Below, piece by piece: positions 20,555-29,659 of a stretch of DNA of 64,000 bases; positions within the stretch are counted from its first letter, which is position 1, and each line of letters opens with the position of its first letter. Origin of the DNA: Acidimicrobiaceae bacterium (GTDB taxonomy: Bacteria > Actinomycetota > Acidimicrobiia > Acidimicrobiales > Aldehydirespiratoraceae); assembly GCA_009835735.1 (NCBI GenBank), contig VXWX01000112.1, forward strand, positions 1,994 through 65,993, in the 5' to 3' direction. Below the pieces are notes generated by a model, which was not told where the DNA came from, made no database searches, and saw only the letters and a list, made by a program, of their open reading frames with translations. The position numbers and the translations under genes are program-made.

Positions 20555-21382
20555 ATGTACCGTTCGCGGGTGCTAGTCGACGCCCACACCCATGTCGTGG
20601 CGATCGATCAGGACGCGTTTCCCTTGTCTCCGGCCGCGCTGCCGGGCAACTGGTACACCGAGGCGCCGTGCACGGCCGAGCGCCTGCTGGCCGAGATGGA
20701 CGGCGCGGGCGTCGATCTGGCCGTGCTGGTCCAGCCGGTCGGTGCGTACTCCTTCGACAACCGCTACGCGGTGGCCGCGGCTACCGAGCACTCCGACCGG
20801 TTCACGGCCGCCTGCTGCGTCGATCCCTACGGCGGATCGCCCGAGGAGGAACTCCGGCGCTGGCTCGACCACGCAGGCGTCGGCGGCGTGCGGTTCTTTG
20901 CGCTGTCGCGGCAGCGGTCCTGGTTGAGCGACCCGAACACATTCGGACTGTGGGAGCAAGCCGCGGCGTCCGGTGCCCATGTGATAGTGACCGTCTTCGA
21001 GAGCCAGTTCGATGAACTCGCCGGAGTGCTCGGGCGTTTTCGGGATGTGGCGGTGTCGATGGACCACTGCGGGTTCTGCGACGTCGCCCGGCCCGAGCCG
21101 CTGGAGGAGCTGGCCCGGTTCGAGAACCTCCACCTCAAGGTGACCACCAACGTGATCGACGCCGCAGCCGCGGCTGAGGGCACGGCCCGACCCTTCGTGT
21201 TGCGGTTGGCCGGAGCTTTCGGTGCGGAGCGGCTGATGTGGGGCTCCGACTTCTGCCAGACCCACGACCGCCCATATCCGGAGCTGGTGCGGGACGGGAT
21301 CGAGGCCTTCGCGGCCCTTCCGGGCCGGCACCAGGACGCCTGTCTAGGGGGAACCGCGCTACGCCTGTGGCGTCCCGGCTAG
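20555..21382 (+). CDS. Amidohydrolase-2 (PF04909-like) family protein
   Basis: The MYRSRVLVDAHTHVV N-terminal metal-binding motif and the C-terminal WGSDF motif. The upstream part of the track ORF is antisense to the ACT gene. Confidence 0.7.
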   Translation: MYRSRVLVDAHTHVVAIDQDAFPLSPAALPGNWYTEAPCTAERLLAEMDGAGVDLAVLVQPVGAYSFDNRYAVAAATEHSDRFTAACCVDPYGGSPEEELRRWLDHAGVGGVRFFALSRQRSWLSDPNTFGLWEQAAASGAHVIVTVFESQFDELAGVLGRFRDVAVSMDHCGFCDVARPEPLEELARFENLHLKVTTNVIDAAAAAEGTARPFVLRLAGAFGAERLMWGSDFCQTHDRPYPELVRDGIEAFAALPGRHQDACLGGTALRLWRPG

Positions 21383-22408
21383 CGGGTCGATCTCGTTGAG
21401 GAGGGGCTCGCCGGCGACGTAGCGGGCGAGGTTGTCAGCGAAGACTCGGTGGGCCGACTCGAAGAAGCGGGTGGGCTCGGTGGAGCAGTGGGCCGAGATG
21501 TAGATGTTGGGGACGTCCCAGAGGGGCGAGTCCTCCGGCAGGGGCTCGACCGCGGTCACGTCGAGAGCGGCGGCCCGGAGCTTGCCTGAGCGGAGGGCGG
21601 CCACCAGAGCGGGCTCGTCGACCAGCGATCCCCGGCCCACGTTCACGAACATCGAGCCGTCCTGCATCGCCGCGAAGGCCGACGCGTCGAACAGCTCGTG
21701 GGTCTCGGGCGACTCCGGGACGGCCGCGACCACGATGTCACAGCGCCCCAGCATGTCGTGGAGCCCGTCGGGTCCTAGTACCTCGTCGGCAAGATCGCTT
21801 CCGGCTGCGCTGTGACGCACGACGATCACGTCCAGTTCGAAGGAGCGGGCGCGGCGGGCCACCGCCTGATTGATGGGTCCGAAGCCCACCAGCCCGATCG
21901 TGGAGCCCGCGAGGTTGTGGCCGAACACCGGGTGCCATCGCCTCTGTTGCTGGATTGTGTCCAGCCGGCGGGTCCGCTTGAACTCGCCCAGTATGCGGGC
22001 GAACACGAACTCGGCGATCGAGGTGGCGTTGGCCCCGGAGGCGTTGGTCAGGCGAATGCCCGCCTCGCGGAGCCCGGCCGAGGTGAGATGGGCGACACCG
22101 GCGGCCAGGGCCTGCACCCAGCGCAGTCGTGGCGCGACCGCGGCCACGTCGAAGGGCAGGTCGAGCGTGATGCAGCACTCGATGCGAGCGAAGGCGCGCC
22201 GCTGGGCCGCGGTGAGCGAAGGGGCCAGATGGCGCACGGCGTCGTAGGGCGGGACTCCCCGGCTGGAGCGGAGTTCCCTGGACTCCTCGTAGGGCTCCAC
22301 GACAATCTCGATGGGGGGATCGATGGCTGTCAGCTCGGCCAGGTGCCGGTCGAAGTCGAGGTTCCATTCGCTCGGATACAGGACTCCGACGACGAGCGGG
22401 TCGGTCAT
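21359..22408 (-). CDS. D-isomer-specific 2-hydroxyacid dehydrogenase family (NAD-binding)
   Basis: GSTIGLVGFGPINQAVARR (GxGxxG) and the later NVGRG motif. Its ATG shares a base with the stop of the upstream selenoprotein gene (TGATG). Confidence 0.8.
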   Translation of the reverse strand: MTDPLVVGVLYPSEWNLDFDRHLAELTAIDPPIEIVVEPYEESRELRSSRGVPPYDAVRHLAPSLTAAQRRAFARIECCITLDLPFDVAAVAPRLRWVQALAAGVAHLTSAGLREAGIRLTNASGANATSIAEFVFARILGEFKRTRRLDTIQQQRRWHPVFGHNLAGSTIGLVGFGPINQAVARRARSFELDVIVVRHSAAGSDLADEVLGPDGLHDMLGRCDIVVAAVPESPETHELFDASAFAAMQDGSMFVNVGRGSLVDEPALVAALRSGKLRAAALDVTAVEPLPEDSPLWDVPNIYISAHCSTEPTRFFESAHRVFADNLARYVAGEPLLNEIDPLAGTPQA

Positions 22409-22923
22409 CAGGATCCGGTCAGGAGACGCAGTGTCGGCTCCACCGCTTCCTCCGCCCGTTCGATGACTGCAGCCTCGTCGATGCCGCCCAGGGGATGCTC
22501 GACGGCGACGATCCGCAGGTCGGGCAGGTCCAGCGTCTCGGCTACGCCAGCGGCCAGAGACTCGAAACTGGTGGTCGCCACGAGGACCGTCGGAGTGCCC
22601 GCTGACTCAAGGTTGACGGAGTCGTGGACACTCCACGACGTGCAACTTCCTCAATCGGCTGAGCCGGTGAGAACCACCTCGGCCTCGGCCAGCCGGGCCA
22701 GCAGATCGTCGGGCGCGGGCAGGGCTGCGTTCTTGCGCTCGACGAGGCCCACCGTTGCGCCGGTACGGGCCGCGAGGCCCTCGGCCAGTCGTTGCAGCAG
22801 CAGGCCGGCGTTCGGTTTGGAGTTGTCGAGTATCCCGATGCGCTTGCCAGCCAGCGTCGGCCCGGTAACGGCGCGAGAAATGGCGGCCGGTCCTACCGCT
22901 CCCACCGGGGCATAGATCCTCAT
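22408..22923 (-). CDS. UGSC-motif selenoprotein (171 aa with in-frame UGA = Sec at 22653..22651)
   Basis: Track ORF 22651..22923 ends at a TGA, but the same frame stays open for 80 more codons to the TGA at 22410..22408. Sequence context is ...VVLTGSAD-U-GSCTSWSVHD... (UxxC redox motif). A hairpin starts 11 nt after the UGA. The terminal stop is coupled to the next gene's ATG. Confidence 0.8.
22621..22639 (-). promoter_or_regulatory. Candidate bacterial SECIS hairpin
   Basis: The minus-strand RNA GUCGUGGA-GUG-UCCACGAC forms a perfect 8-bp stem, or 7 bp with loop AGUGU containing GU. It begins exactly 11 nt 3' of the in-frame UGA. Confidence 0.65.
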
Positions 22924-22965
22924 CGGTTCCCTCCTTCGGAGATCCCTGTGGGTTCCGTCATGGGC

Positions 22966-24069
22966 TCAGACCTCCACCGGCACGGTGGCGCTCCTGGTCA
23001 TACCCCAACTCGGGATGACCGAGCTGTGCTTTCCCGGTCCTCCCACCACGATGATCTTGATGTTGCCCCGATGTTCGGTGACGGACATCGTCGCGTCGTC
23101 ATCCAGGGCCTCCTGCCACGGCGCCCACGCCCTGAGCGCGAACGCGGCCCGCAGGTCGCCGACCCGCATCTGAGCCCGCTCGTGGAGATAAGAGGCCACC
23201 CGGTCGCGCGTCCACCCGGCGCCGTCACATGCCGCGGCGTGCTCCGGGCACAGCATCACGAAGAACTCACCGGAGCTGACCGGCGCATTGTTGGACCCCA
23301 GTGAGGTCATGGCTGAAGCGGCCTTGTCGAGGATGGCGGCGGGATCCTTCGACTCCATGTCGTGAAAGTTGTGGGGCGCTTCGCCGCAGTGGACGGTGAC
23401 CGCGGAGGCCGCAGCGACTCCGACGCTGGCTGCGTATCCGCCCCACGGCGACTCGGCCAGGTTCTCGGCCACGCAGTAGGTGTACTTGGCCGGTCCGCCC
23501 TGGGTGGAGGCGTCGCCCGCACCGGGGATCGCCCCGGCGACGTGGAGCAGAATGAGCCTCAGCGCCCGTCCTGTGGCCGCGTTGGCCACGTTGCCGGGGC
23601 CGAAGGCGCCCAGCCCCGCGTTGTAGCCCGCGGTCTGGGCGATCTCGCCGTGCACGACGAGCAGCGGCGCCACCGGATGGGTGGTGGCGTTCACGCCTCG
23701 CAGGTTGATCTCGGGATGGGCCAGCGCCCGCACCGCCGCGACAAGCACAGGCAGGTGCTCGGGGCGGCAGCCGGCCAGCACCGCGTTGACAGCGATCACC
23801 CGGCGGGTAGCCACACCGGACCGGGGCGGCAGGACGGTGACGGGCTCGTCGGGATCCGCGTTGCAGTTGGCGAGCATCGCGTCTACCCGCTCGGGCGTGG
23901 GGGCCACCAGCGGCAGCCCGTCGCCCCAGCCCCGCTCGGCGTAGCACTCCCGGACCGCTTCGGGGTCGTCCGAGGCGATGTCGAGCATCTCCAGCGGGTC
24001 TGCCACGCCCCCCAGTCTGCTGCCTGCTGGACGCTCCTGCTCCAAGACGAGCGTGAACTGATATTTCAC
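22966..24069 (-). CDS. Conserved hypothetical protein (367 aa), first gene of the selenoprotein operon
   Basis: Long ORF with coding-type GC3. It contains ERGWGDGLPLVAPT and several Cys. I do not recognise the family. The GTG start at 24069 is uncertain. Confidence 0.6.
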   Translation of the reverse strand: MKYQFTLVLEQERPAGSRLGGVADPLEMLDIASDDPEAVRECYAERGWGDGLPLVAPTPERVDAMLANCNADPDEPVTVLPPRSGVATRRVIAVNAVLAGCRPEHLPVLVAAVRALAHPEINLRGVNATTHPVAPLLVVHGEIAQTAGYNAGLGAFGPGNVANAATGRALRLILLHVAGAIPGAGDASTQGGPAKYTYCVAENLAESPWGGYAASVGVAAASAVTVHCGEAPHNFHDMESKDPAAILDKAASAMTSLGSNNAPVSSGEFFVMLCPEHAAACDGAGWTRDRVASYLHERAQMRVGDLRAAFALRAWAPWQEALDDDATMSVTEHRGNIKIIVVGGPGKHSSVIPSWGMTRSATVPVEV

Positions 24070-24145
24070 TACATGAAAGGCAATGATAGAGATACAGGTG
24101 GCGCATCAGCGCGAAGGGTGATCGACGTTGCACTAGCCTGCGGAG

Positions 24146-25681
24146 ATGAGCGCTGAGCGTCGAAGGCGGCGGCCGCGCCAGGCCGCGGTCCCCGAGCCGA
24201 GCGGGCCTGTCCAGCCGCCGTGGCGGCTGCATGAACGTCGGTTCGAGCCGACGTCGATCGTGAGCGAGGACGAGCTCGAGGCCATCCACGCCGCCTCGCT
24301 TACGGTGCTGCGCGACACCGGCATGGAATTCCTGCATCCGACGGCCCGGACAATGTGGGCCGAGGCCGGCGCCAAGGTCGACGGTGATCGGGTGCGCTTC
24401 GACCCTGAGATGATCACCGAACTGGTGGCCACCGCCCCTGGTGAGTTCGTACTGCACGCTCCCGACCCGACGCGCCATTTGCCGATGGGTGGGCGCAATG
24501 TGGCCTTTGCCTCGGTGGCCAGCCCTCCGAACGCGGCCGACCGGGCCGGCGGCCGGCGCACCGGCAACCGGGAGGACTTCCGGCGGCTGGTCATGCTCGG
24601 GGAGGTGCTCAACTCCGTCGCCTTCCAGGGCGGCTATCCGGTCGAGCCGGTGGACGTGCACGCATCGGTGCGTCACCTAGTGGCCACCCGCGACCTGCTC
24701 ACTCTGACAGGCAAGGCCCTCCACGCCTACTCGCTGGGAGCGCAACGCAACCGCGACTGCTTGGAGATGGTGCGCATCGTGCGCGGCGTCACCGACGACG
24801 ACCTTGAGACGCAGCCGTCGATCTTCACCGTGGTCAACTGCAACTCGCCGCTGCGACTCGATACACCCATGCTGGAGGGGATCCTCCAGTACTCGTCTCG
24901 CAACCAGGTGGTGGCGGTTACCCCGTTCACGCTGGCCGGGGCGATGGCGCCGGTCACGGTGGCTGGCGCGGTGGTGCAGCAGAACGCTGAGGCCCTGGCC
25001 GGCATGGCCTTCTGCCAGTTGGTGAGGCCGGGTTCGCCGGTGATCTATGGAGGATTCACCTCCAATGTCGACATGCAGTCGGGCGCCCCCGCCTTCGGCA
25101 CCCCCGAGTACATGCAGGCGGTTCTGCTCGGGGGACAGCTCGCTCGCCGGTACGGCGTCCCCTACCGGTCCTCCAACGTCTGCGCGGCCAACGCGGTCGA
25201 CGCTCAAGCCGCCTACGAGAGCGTGTTCTCGCTGTGGGCCGTGGTGACGGGTGGTGCCCACATGGTGATGCACGGGGCGGGGTGGATGGAGGGCGGGCTG
25301 CAGGCCTGCTACGAGAAGATGGTCATCGACGCCGACATGATCGGCATGGTGGGGGAGTTCCTGCAGCCCCTCGCGACCGACGCCGACTCGCTCGCGGTCG
25401 AAGCCATCGACGAGGTCGGCCCGGGCGGGCACTTCTTCGGCACGGCCCACACGCTGGCCCGCTTCCGCGACGCGTTCTTCAAGCCGATGGTGTCGGACTG
25501 GCGCAACTACGAGTCCTGGGTCGAGGCCGGCTCGCCCACCGCTCTAGACCACGCCGAGCGCCTCGTGGGTGAGCTCCTGGGCGCCTACGAGCCGCCTCCG
25601 CTGGCCGACGACGTCCGAGCCGAACTGGACGACTTCACCGACCGGCGCATAGCCGAGGGCGGAGTCGACACCGACTTCTAG
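24146..25681 (+). CDS. MttB-superfamily (trimethylamine methyltransferase family) protein, non-pyrrolysine
   Basis: 511 aa with an Arg-rich N-terminus and a TIM-barrel MttB-like sequence (paralogue at 40401..41933). There is no in-frame TAG. Confidence 0.8.
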   Translation: MSAERRRRRPRQAAVPEPSGPVQPPWRLHERRFEPTSIVSEDELEAIHAASLTVLRDTGMEFLHPTARTMWAEAGAKVDGDRVRFDPEMITELVATAPGEFVLHAPDPTRHLPMGGRNVAFASVASPPNAADRAGGRRTGNREDFRRLVMLGEVLNSVAFQGGYPVEPVDVHASVRHLVATRDLLTLTGKALHAYSLGAQRNRDCLEMVRIVRGVTDDDLETQPSIFTVVNCNSPLRLDTPMLEGILQYSSRNQVVAVTPFTLAGAMAPVTVAGAVVQQNAEALAGMAFCQLVRPGSPVIYGGFTSNVDMQSGAPAFGTPEYMQAVLLGGQLARRYGVPYRSSNVCAANAVDAQAAYESVFSLWAVVTGGAHMVMHGAGWMEGGLQACYEKMVIDADMIGMVGEFLQPLATDADSLAVEAIDEVGPGGHFFGTAHTLARFRDAFFKPMVSDWRNYESWVEAGSPTALDHAERLVGELLGAYEPPPLADDVRAELDDFTDRRIAEGGVDTDF

Positions 25682-25713
25682 TAGAGCTGAGGGACCGTGA
25701 GCGTTGCGCACTG

Positions 25714-27015
25714 ATGCGTGGTCGTGGTGTACTTCGCGCGGTGACAACGCTCCAGGGCAGCGCCCGCTACGTAGACGAGGGGTTCTGGGCGGCGACCCGC
25801 CGACCGCTGGATCAGGCGACAGGTCTGCCGCCGGTCGCCTACACGGGTGACGACTTCTTCGAGGTCGAGCAGCGCAGGCTGTTCGCCCGGGCCTGGGTTG
25901 CGGTGGCGTCCGCGTCGGAAGTGGCCGAGCCGGGCCGTCTGCTGGTGCGTTCTGTCGGCGGTACGTCGGTGCTCATCACCCGGGACCGCGACGGTGTGCT
26001 TAGGGCTTTCATCAACTCGTGCCGTCACCGGGGCACCGAGCTGGCCTCCGAGGACTGCACCGTGTCGCGGATGATCCGGTGCCCGTATCACCGCTGGGGA
26101 TACGCCCTAGATGGTTCCCTGGTGGCGTCCCCGCTGTTCGACGAGGTGCCCAGGGCGGACTTCGACCCGGCTGAGCTGTCGCTGTTGCCGGTGCGGGTGG
26201 AGGCCTGGGGCTTGGATGTGTTCGTCTGCCTGGACGAGGCCACACCGCCGCTGGCCGAGTGGCTGGGCGACCTGCCCGAGCGGATGGCCGGCTACGGCTT
26301 CGACGGCTGGGTCGTCCACGAGAAGTGCACCTTCGACGTGGCCGCCAACTGGAAGCTGATCACCGAGAACTTCCAGGAGTACTACCACCTGGCGTGGGTC
26401 CATCCCGAGCTGGCCAAGGTGTCCCGGGTGCGTGACCACTACCGCTACCAGGGGCCGGGGCTGTACTGCGGCCAGACCACCACCCCGGTGTCGAGCGACG
26501 AGCGCGACGACTGGCTGGTGCTTCCGAACGCTCCCGGTCTGGACTCCTCCGACAGCGTCAGCGGGCGGTTCGTGGCCGTGTTCCCCAACCTGACGCTGGC
26601 AGTGCTGCCCGGCCACGCCTTCGTGATCCGCCTCGAACCGCTGTCGTCGGGCGCCACCCGGGAGCACTGCACTCTGCTGCTGCCGTCGTCCACACCGGCC
26701 GAGCAGTACGGCGACGCCGCGGCCGAGACGCTCAAGTTCTGGATCGAGGTCAACAACGAGGACATCGACATCTGCCAGCGGTCCCACCGGGGGCTGGCGC
26801 TCGGCGGGGCGCCGCCCGGGCCGCTGTCACCCCGCTTCGAGGAGCCCCTGCACCGCTTCCAGAACATGGTGGCCGACTGTCTCACTGCCGACTCGCTCGC
26901 CGACGGGCTGAGGATCCCGCCCGGCGACGGCCCGGACGACGGGCCCCGTTACGGCTGCGGGCCGAACCCCGCGCTGCCCGCCATCGACGCCCACCGTTGG
27001 TCGACTACGGGCTGA
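25714..27015 (+). CDS. Rieske [2Fe-2S] non-heme-iron oxygenase alpha subunit (GbcA/Stc2-like N-demethylase candidate)
   Basis: Rieske motif CRHRG...CPYHRWGY and mononuclear-iron motif EYYHLAWVHPE. Confidence 0.8.
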   Translation: MRGRGVLRAVTTLQGSARYVDEGFWAATRRPLDQATGLPPVAYTGDDFFEVEQRRLFARAWVAVASASEVAEPGRLLVRSVGGTSVLITRDRDGVLRAFINSCRHRGTELASEDCTVSRMIRCPYHRWGYALDGSLVASPLFDEVPRADFDPAELSLLPVRVEAWGLDVFVCLDEATPPLAEWLGDLPERMAGYGFDGWVVHEKCTFDVAANWKLITENFQEYYHLAWVHPELAKVSRVRDHYRYQGPGLYCGQTTTPVSSDERDDWLVLPNAPGLDSSDSVSGRFVAVFPNLTLAVLPGHAFVIRLEPLSSGATREHCTLLLPSSTPAEQYGDAAAETLKFWIEVNNEDIDICQRSHRGLALGGAPPGPLSPRFEEPLHRFQNMVADCLTADSLADGLRIPPGDGPDDGPRYGCGPNPALPAIDAHRWSTTG

Positions 27016-27046
27016 TCAGCGCGAGCTGGCTGGTGGGAGGGTCGAG

Positions 27047-29599
27047 TTGAAGTCCGGCGCGCAGGTTGTGGTGGTCGGCGGGGGAGTGGTGGGCGCGAGC
27101 GTGCTCTACCACCTCACCAAGGCGGGCTGGACCGATGTGGTGCTGGTCGAGCGCACCGAGCTCACCGCCGGCTCCACCTGGCATGCCGCCGGTGGCATGC
27201 ACACCATCAACGGTGATCCCAACGTGGCCAAGCTGCAGCGCTACACCACCGAGCTGTACGCCGAGATCGAGCGCATCTCGGGTCAGGACTGCGGCATTCA
27301 CACGCCCGGCGGTGTGCTGCTGGCCGACACGCCCGAGCGGCTCGACTGGCTGAGGATGACGCACGCCCGGGGCCGCTACCTGGGCCTGGACACCGAGATG
27401 ATCTCGGTGTCCGAGGCCGCCGAGCTGGTCCCGCTGTTCGACCCCGAGCATTTCGTGGGGGCGATGCTGGAAGCCCACGAGGGCCACGTCGACCCGGCGG
27501 GCGTGACCCATGCCTTCGCCAAGGCCGCCCGGATGGCGGGGGCGGAGGTGTACCGGGGCACCTGGGCCCGCGCGATGTCCAGGCGCGCCGACGGGTGCTG
27601 GCGTGTGGAGCTGTACGACACTGCCAGCGGCGACGACCGGGGCGAGATCGTCTGCGAGCATGTGGTCAACTGCGGGGGCCTGTGGGCCCGCGAGGTGGGG
27701 CGCATGGTGGGGCTCGAGCTGCCGGTGCTGGCCATGGAGCACACCTACATCGTCACCGAGGCGCTGGATGTGGTGATGGAGCACAACCAGCGGACCGATG
27801 CCCGGATGATGAACGTCATCGACTTCGGCGGCGAGATCTACATGCGCCAGGAGGGCAACGGCATGCTGCTGGGCACCTACGAGCAGGCCTGTCTGCCGTG
27901 GTCGCCCCGGCAGACGCCGTGGGACTTCGCTATGAGGCTGCTGCCGGAGGACCTCGACCGCATCTCCGACGCGCTGGAGGTCGCCTTCGCTCACTTCCCG
28001 GTGCTGGGCACCGCTGGGATCCAGCGGGTGGTGAATGGACCGTTTACCTTCGCCCCCGACGGGAACCCCCTGATCGGCCCGATCAGAGGCCTGCCGGGGT
28101 ACTGGACGGCCTGTGCGGTGATGGCCGGGTTCTCGCAGGGCGGAGGTGTGGGTCTGGCCGTGGCCAACTGGATCACCGCGGGTGACCCCGGCTTCGACGT
28201 GTGGGCTATGGACGTGGCCCGCTTCGGCGACTACGCCACGGTCGCCTACACCGACGCCAAGGTGCGCGAGAACTACTCGCGCCGGTTCCGGATCACGTTC
28301 CCCAACGAGTTCCTGCCCGAGGGACGGGGCGTTCAGACATCGCCGATCTATGACCGGCTGGCCGACGCCAACGCGGTGTGGGGCGACGCTTTCGGTCTGG
28401 AGTCGGCGCTGTGGTTCCAGGAGGAGGGTCTGGAGCCGGTCGAGGAGGTGACCTTCGGACGTTCCAACGCCTGGGACCGGGTGCGGGCCGAAACGCTGGC
28501 CGTGCGGGCCGCCGTCGGCATGATGGAGATCACCGGCTTCGCCAAGTTCCTGGTGTCGGGTCCGGGGGCTCGAGCGTGGCTCGACCGGCTGCTGGCGGGT
28601 CGGATACCGATCCCGGGCCGGATGGCGCTCACGCCGATGACCAACCCGGCCGGCAACCTGGTCGGGGATCTGACGGTGGCCTGCCTGCCGGCCGCGCCCG
28701 GCCGGGCCGAGGGACCGGCCGGAACGATGGTGGGCGGGGTGACCGGCAACGTGCGGGATGGCGAGCGGTTCGCGGTGTTCGGCTCCGGCATCGCCGAGCG
28801 CTACTACGAGCGGTGGTTCGACGAGCGGCTGCCGGCCGACGGCTCGGTGAGCTACCAGACGCTCGGAGCTGAGATGTGCGGCTTGGCCATCGCCGGGCCG
28901 GCGGCGCGGACGCTGCTGGCCGAGGTCACCGACGCCGATGTGTCGGCTCACGGCATGCGGTTCATGGCCTTCGGCGAGATGGAGGTGGGGTTGGCACCGG
29001 TCTGGTGTGGGCGGATCAGCTTCACCGGCGATCTGGGCTATGAGTTGTGGATGCCGGCCCGCTACCAGCGGTACGTGTTCGACCTGCTGCGGTCGGCGGG
29101 GGAGGCGCATGGCCTGGAGCTGTTCGGACTGCACGCCCTGAACTCTCTCCGCCTTGAGAAGGGGTTCGGATCGTGGCTGCGGGAGTACCGGCCCGACTAC
29201 GACCCCTTCGAGGCCGGCTTGGGCCGCTTCGTGCGCATGGAGAAGGAGTTCATAGGCCGGGACGCGTTGATCGCCAAGTACGGCGAGAGCGGCCCGCCCG
29301 GCAGGGTGGCTCCGACAGGTCTGCGCCTGTGCACCTGGACGGTTGATGTCGGCGCGGGCCCGGATGCCTGCGACGTGATCGGCGACGAGCCGGTGTGGCA
29401 CGACGGCGAGGTCGTGGGCTGGGTCACCTCCGGCGGCTACGCCCACCACAGCGAGGCGTCGGTGGCCATGGGCTACGTCCCTGCCGAACTGGCTGGCTCG
29501 TCGGGCCAGTTCGAGATAGAGATAGTCGGCATCCGCCGCCCCGCCAAGCCGGTCGAGAGCTGCTTATGGGACCCCGAAGGCTCGCGCATGAGAGCCTGA
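27047..29599 (+). CDS. Dimethylglycine/sarcosine dehydrogenase family (FAD domain fused to GcvT-type folate-binding domain)
   Basis: VVVVGGGVVGASVLYHL dinucleotide fold and STWHAAGG (covalent-FAD His context). C-terminal aminomethyltransferase-like domain. TTG start preceded by GGGAGGG. Confidence 0.85.
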   Translation: MKSGAQVVVVGGGVVGASVLYHLTKAGWTDVVLVERTELTAGSTWHAAGGMHTINGDPNVAKLQRYTTELYAEIERISGQDCGIHTPGGVLLADTPERLDWLRMTHARGRYLGLDTEMISVSEAAELVPLFDPEHFVGAMLEAHEGHVDPAGVTHAFAKAARMAGAEVYRGTWARAMSRRADGCWRVELYDTASGDDRGEIVCEHVVNCGGLWAREVGRMVGLELPVLAMEHTYIVTEALDVVMEHNQRTDARMMNVIDFGGEIYMRQEGNGMLLGTYEQACLPWSPRQTPWDFAMRLLPEDLDRISDALEVAFAHFPVLGTAGIQRVVNGPFTFAPDGNPLIGPIRGLPGYWTACAVMAGFSQGGGVGLAVANWITAGDPGFDVWAMDVARFGDYATVAYTDAKVRENYSRRFRITFPNEFLPEGRGVQTSPIYDRLADANAVWGDAFGLESALWFQEEGLEPVEEVTFGRSNAWDRVRAETLAVRAAVGMMEITGFAKFLVSGPGARAWLDRLLAGRIPIPGRMALTPMTNPAGNLVGDLTVACLPAAPGRAEGPAGTMVGGVTGNVRDGERFAVFGSGIAERYYERWFDERLPADGSVSYQTLGAEMCGLAIAGPAARTLLAEVTDADVSAHGMRFMAFGEMEVGLAPVWCGRISFTGDLGYELWMPARYQRYVFDLLRSAGEAHGLELFGLHALNSLRLEKGFGSWLREYRPDYDPFEAGLGRFVRMEKEFIGRDALIAKYGESGPPGRVAPTGLRLCTWTVDVGAGPDACDVIGDEPVWHDGEVVGWVTSGGYAHHSEASVAMGYVPAELAGSSGQFEIEIVGIRRPAKPVESCLWDPEGSRMRA

Positions 29600-29604
29600 G
29601 TCCA

Positions 29605-29610
29605 TATAAT
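29605..29610 (+). promoter_or_regulatory. Candidate -10 hexamer (TATAAT) in an AT-rich spacer
   Basis: Perfect TATAAT about 50 nt upstream of the GTG at 29660, inside the only visibly AT-rich stretch of this region. No convincing -35. Confidence 0.25.
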
Positions 29611-29659
29611 TTCATGTAATTGCGTTGCTATCTAGAACTGCACGAGCTACGGTCGTGTC

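Noticed and set aside
22408-22923. Alternative reading of the locus as a pseudogene (nonsense mutation) or as a genuine 90-aa protein followed by 240 nt of non-coding DNA
   Set aside because: The frame stays open for 80 more codons with coding-type third positions. The UGA sits in a UxxC motif and a perfect hairpin starts 11 nt downstream. The extended ORF's stop is coupled to the next gene's ATG. Recoding as Sec explains all four observations, but it still needs confirmation that Sec machinery exists in the genome.
24146-25681. Possible pyrrolysine (in-frame TAG) in the MttB-family genes (also 40401..41933)
   Set aside because: Both genes are single uninterrupted ORFs of about 510 aa with no internal TAG. 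They belong to the non-Pyl branch, and no pyl genes are seen in the window.
27005-29449. 814-aa minus-strand ORF
   Set aside because: It is a mirror-frame shadow of the DMG/sarcosine dehydrogenase gene. The sequence is low-complexity (Arg/Pro/Gly/His-rich) with no motifs.
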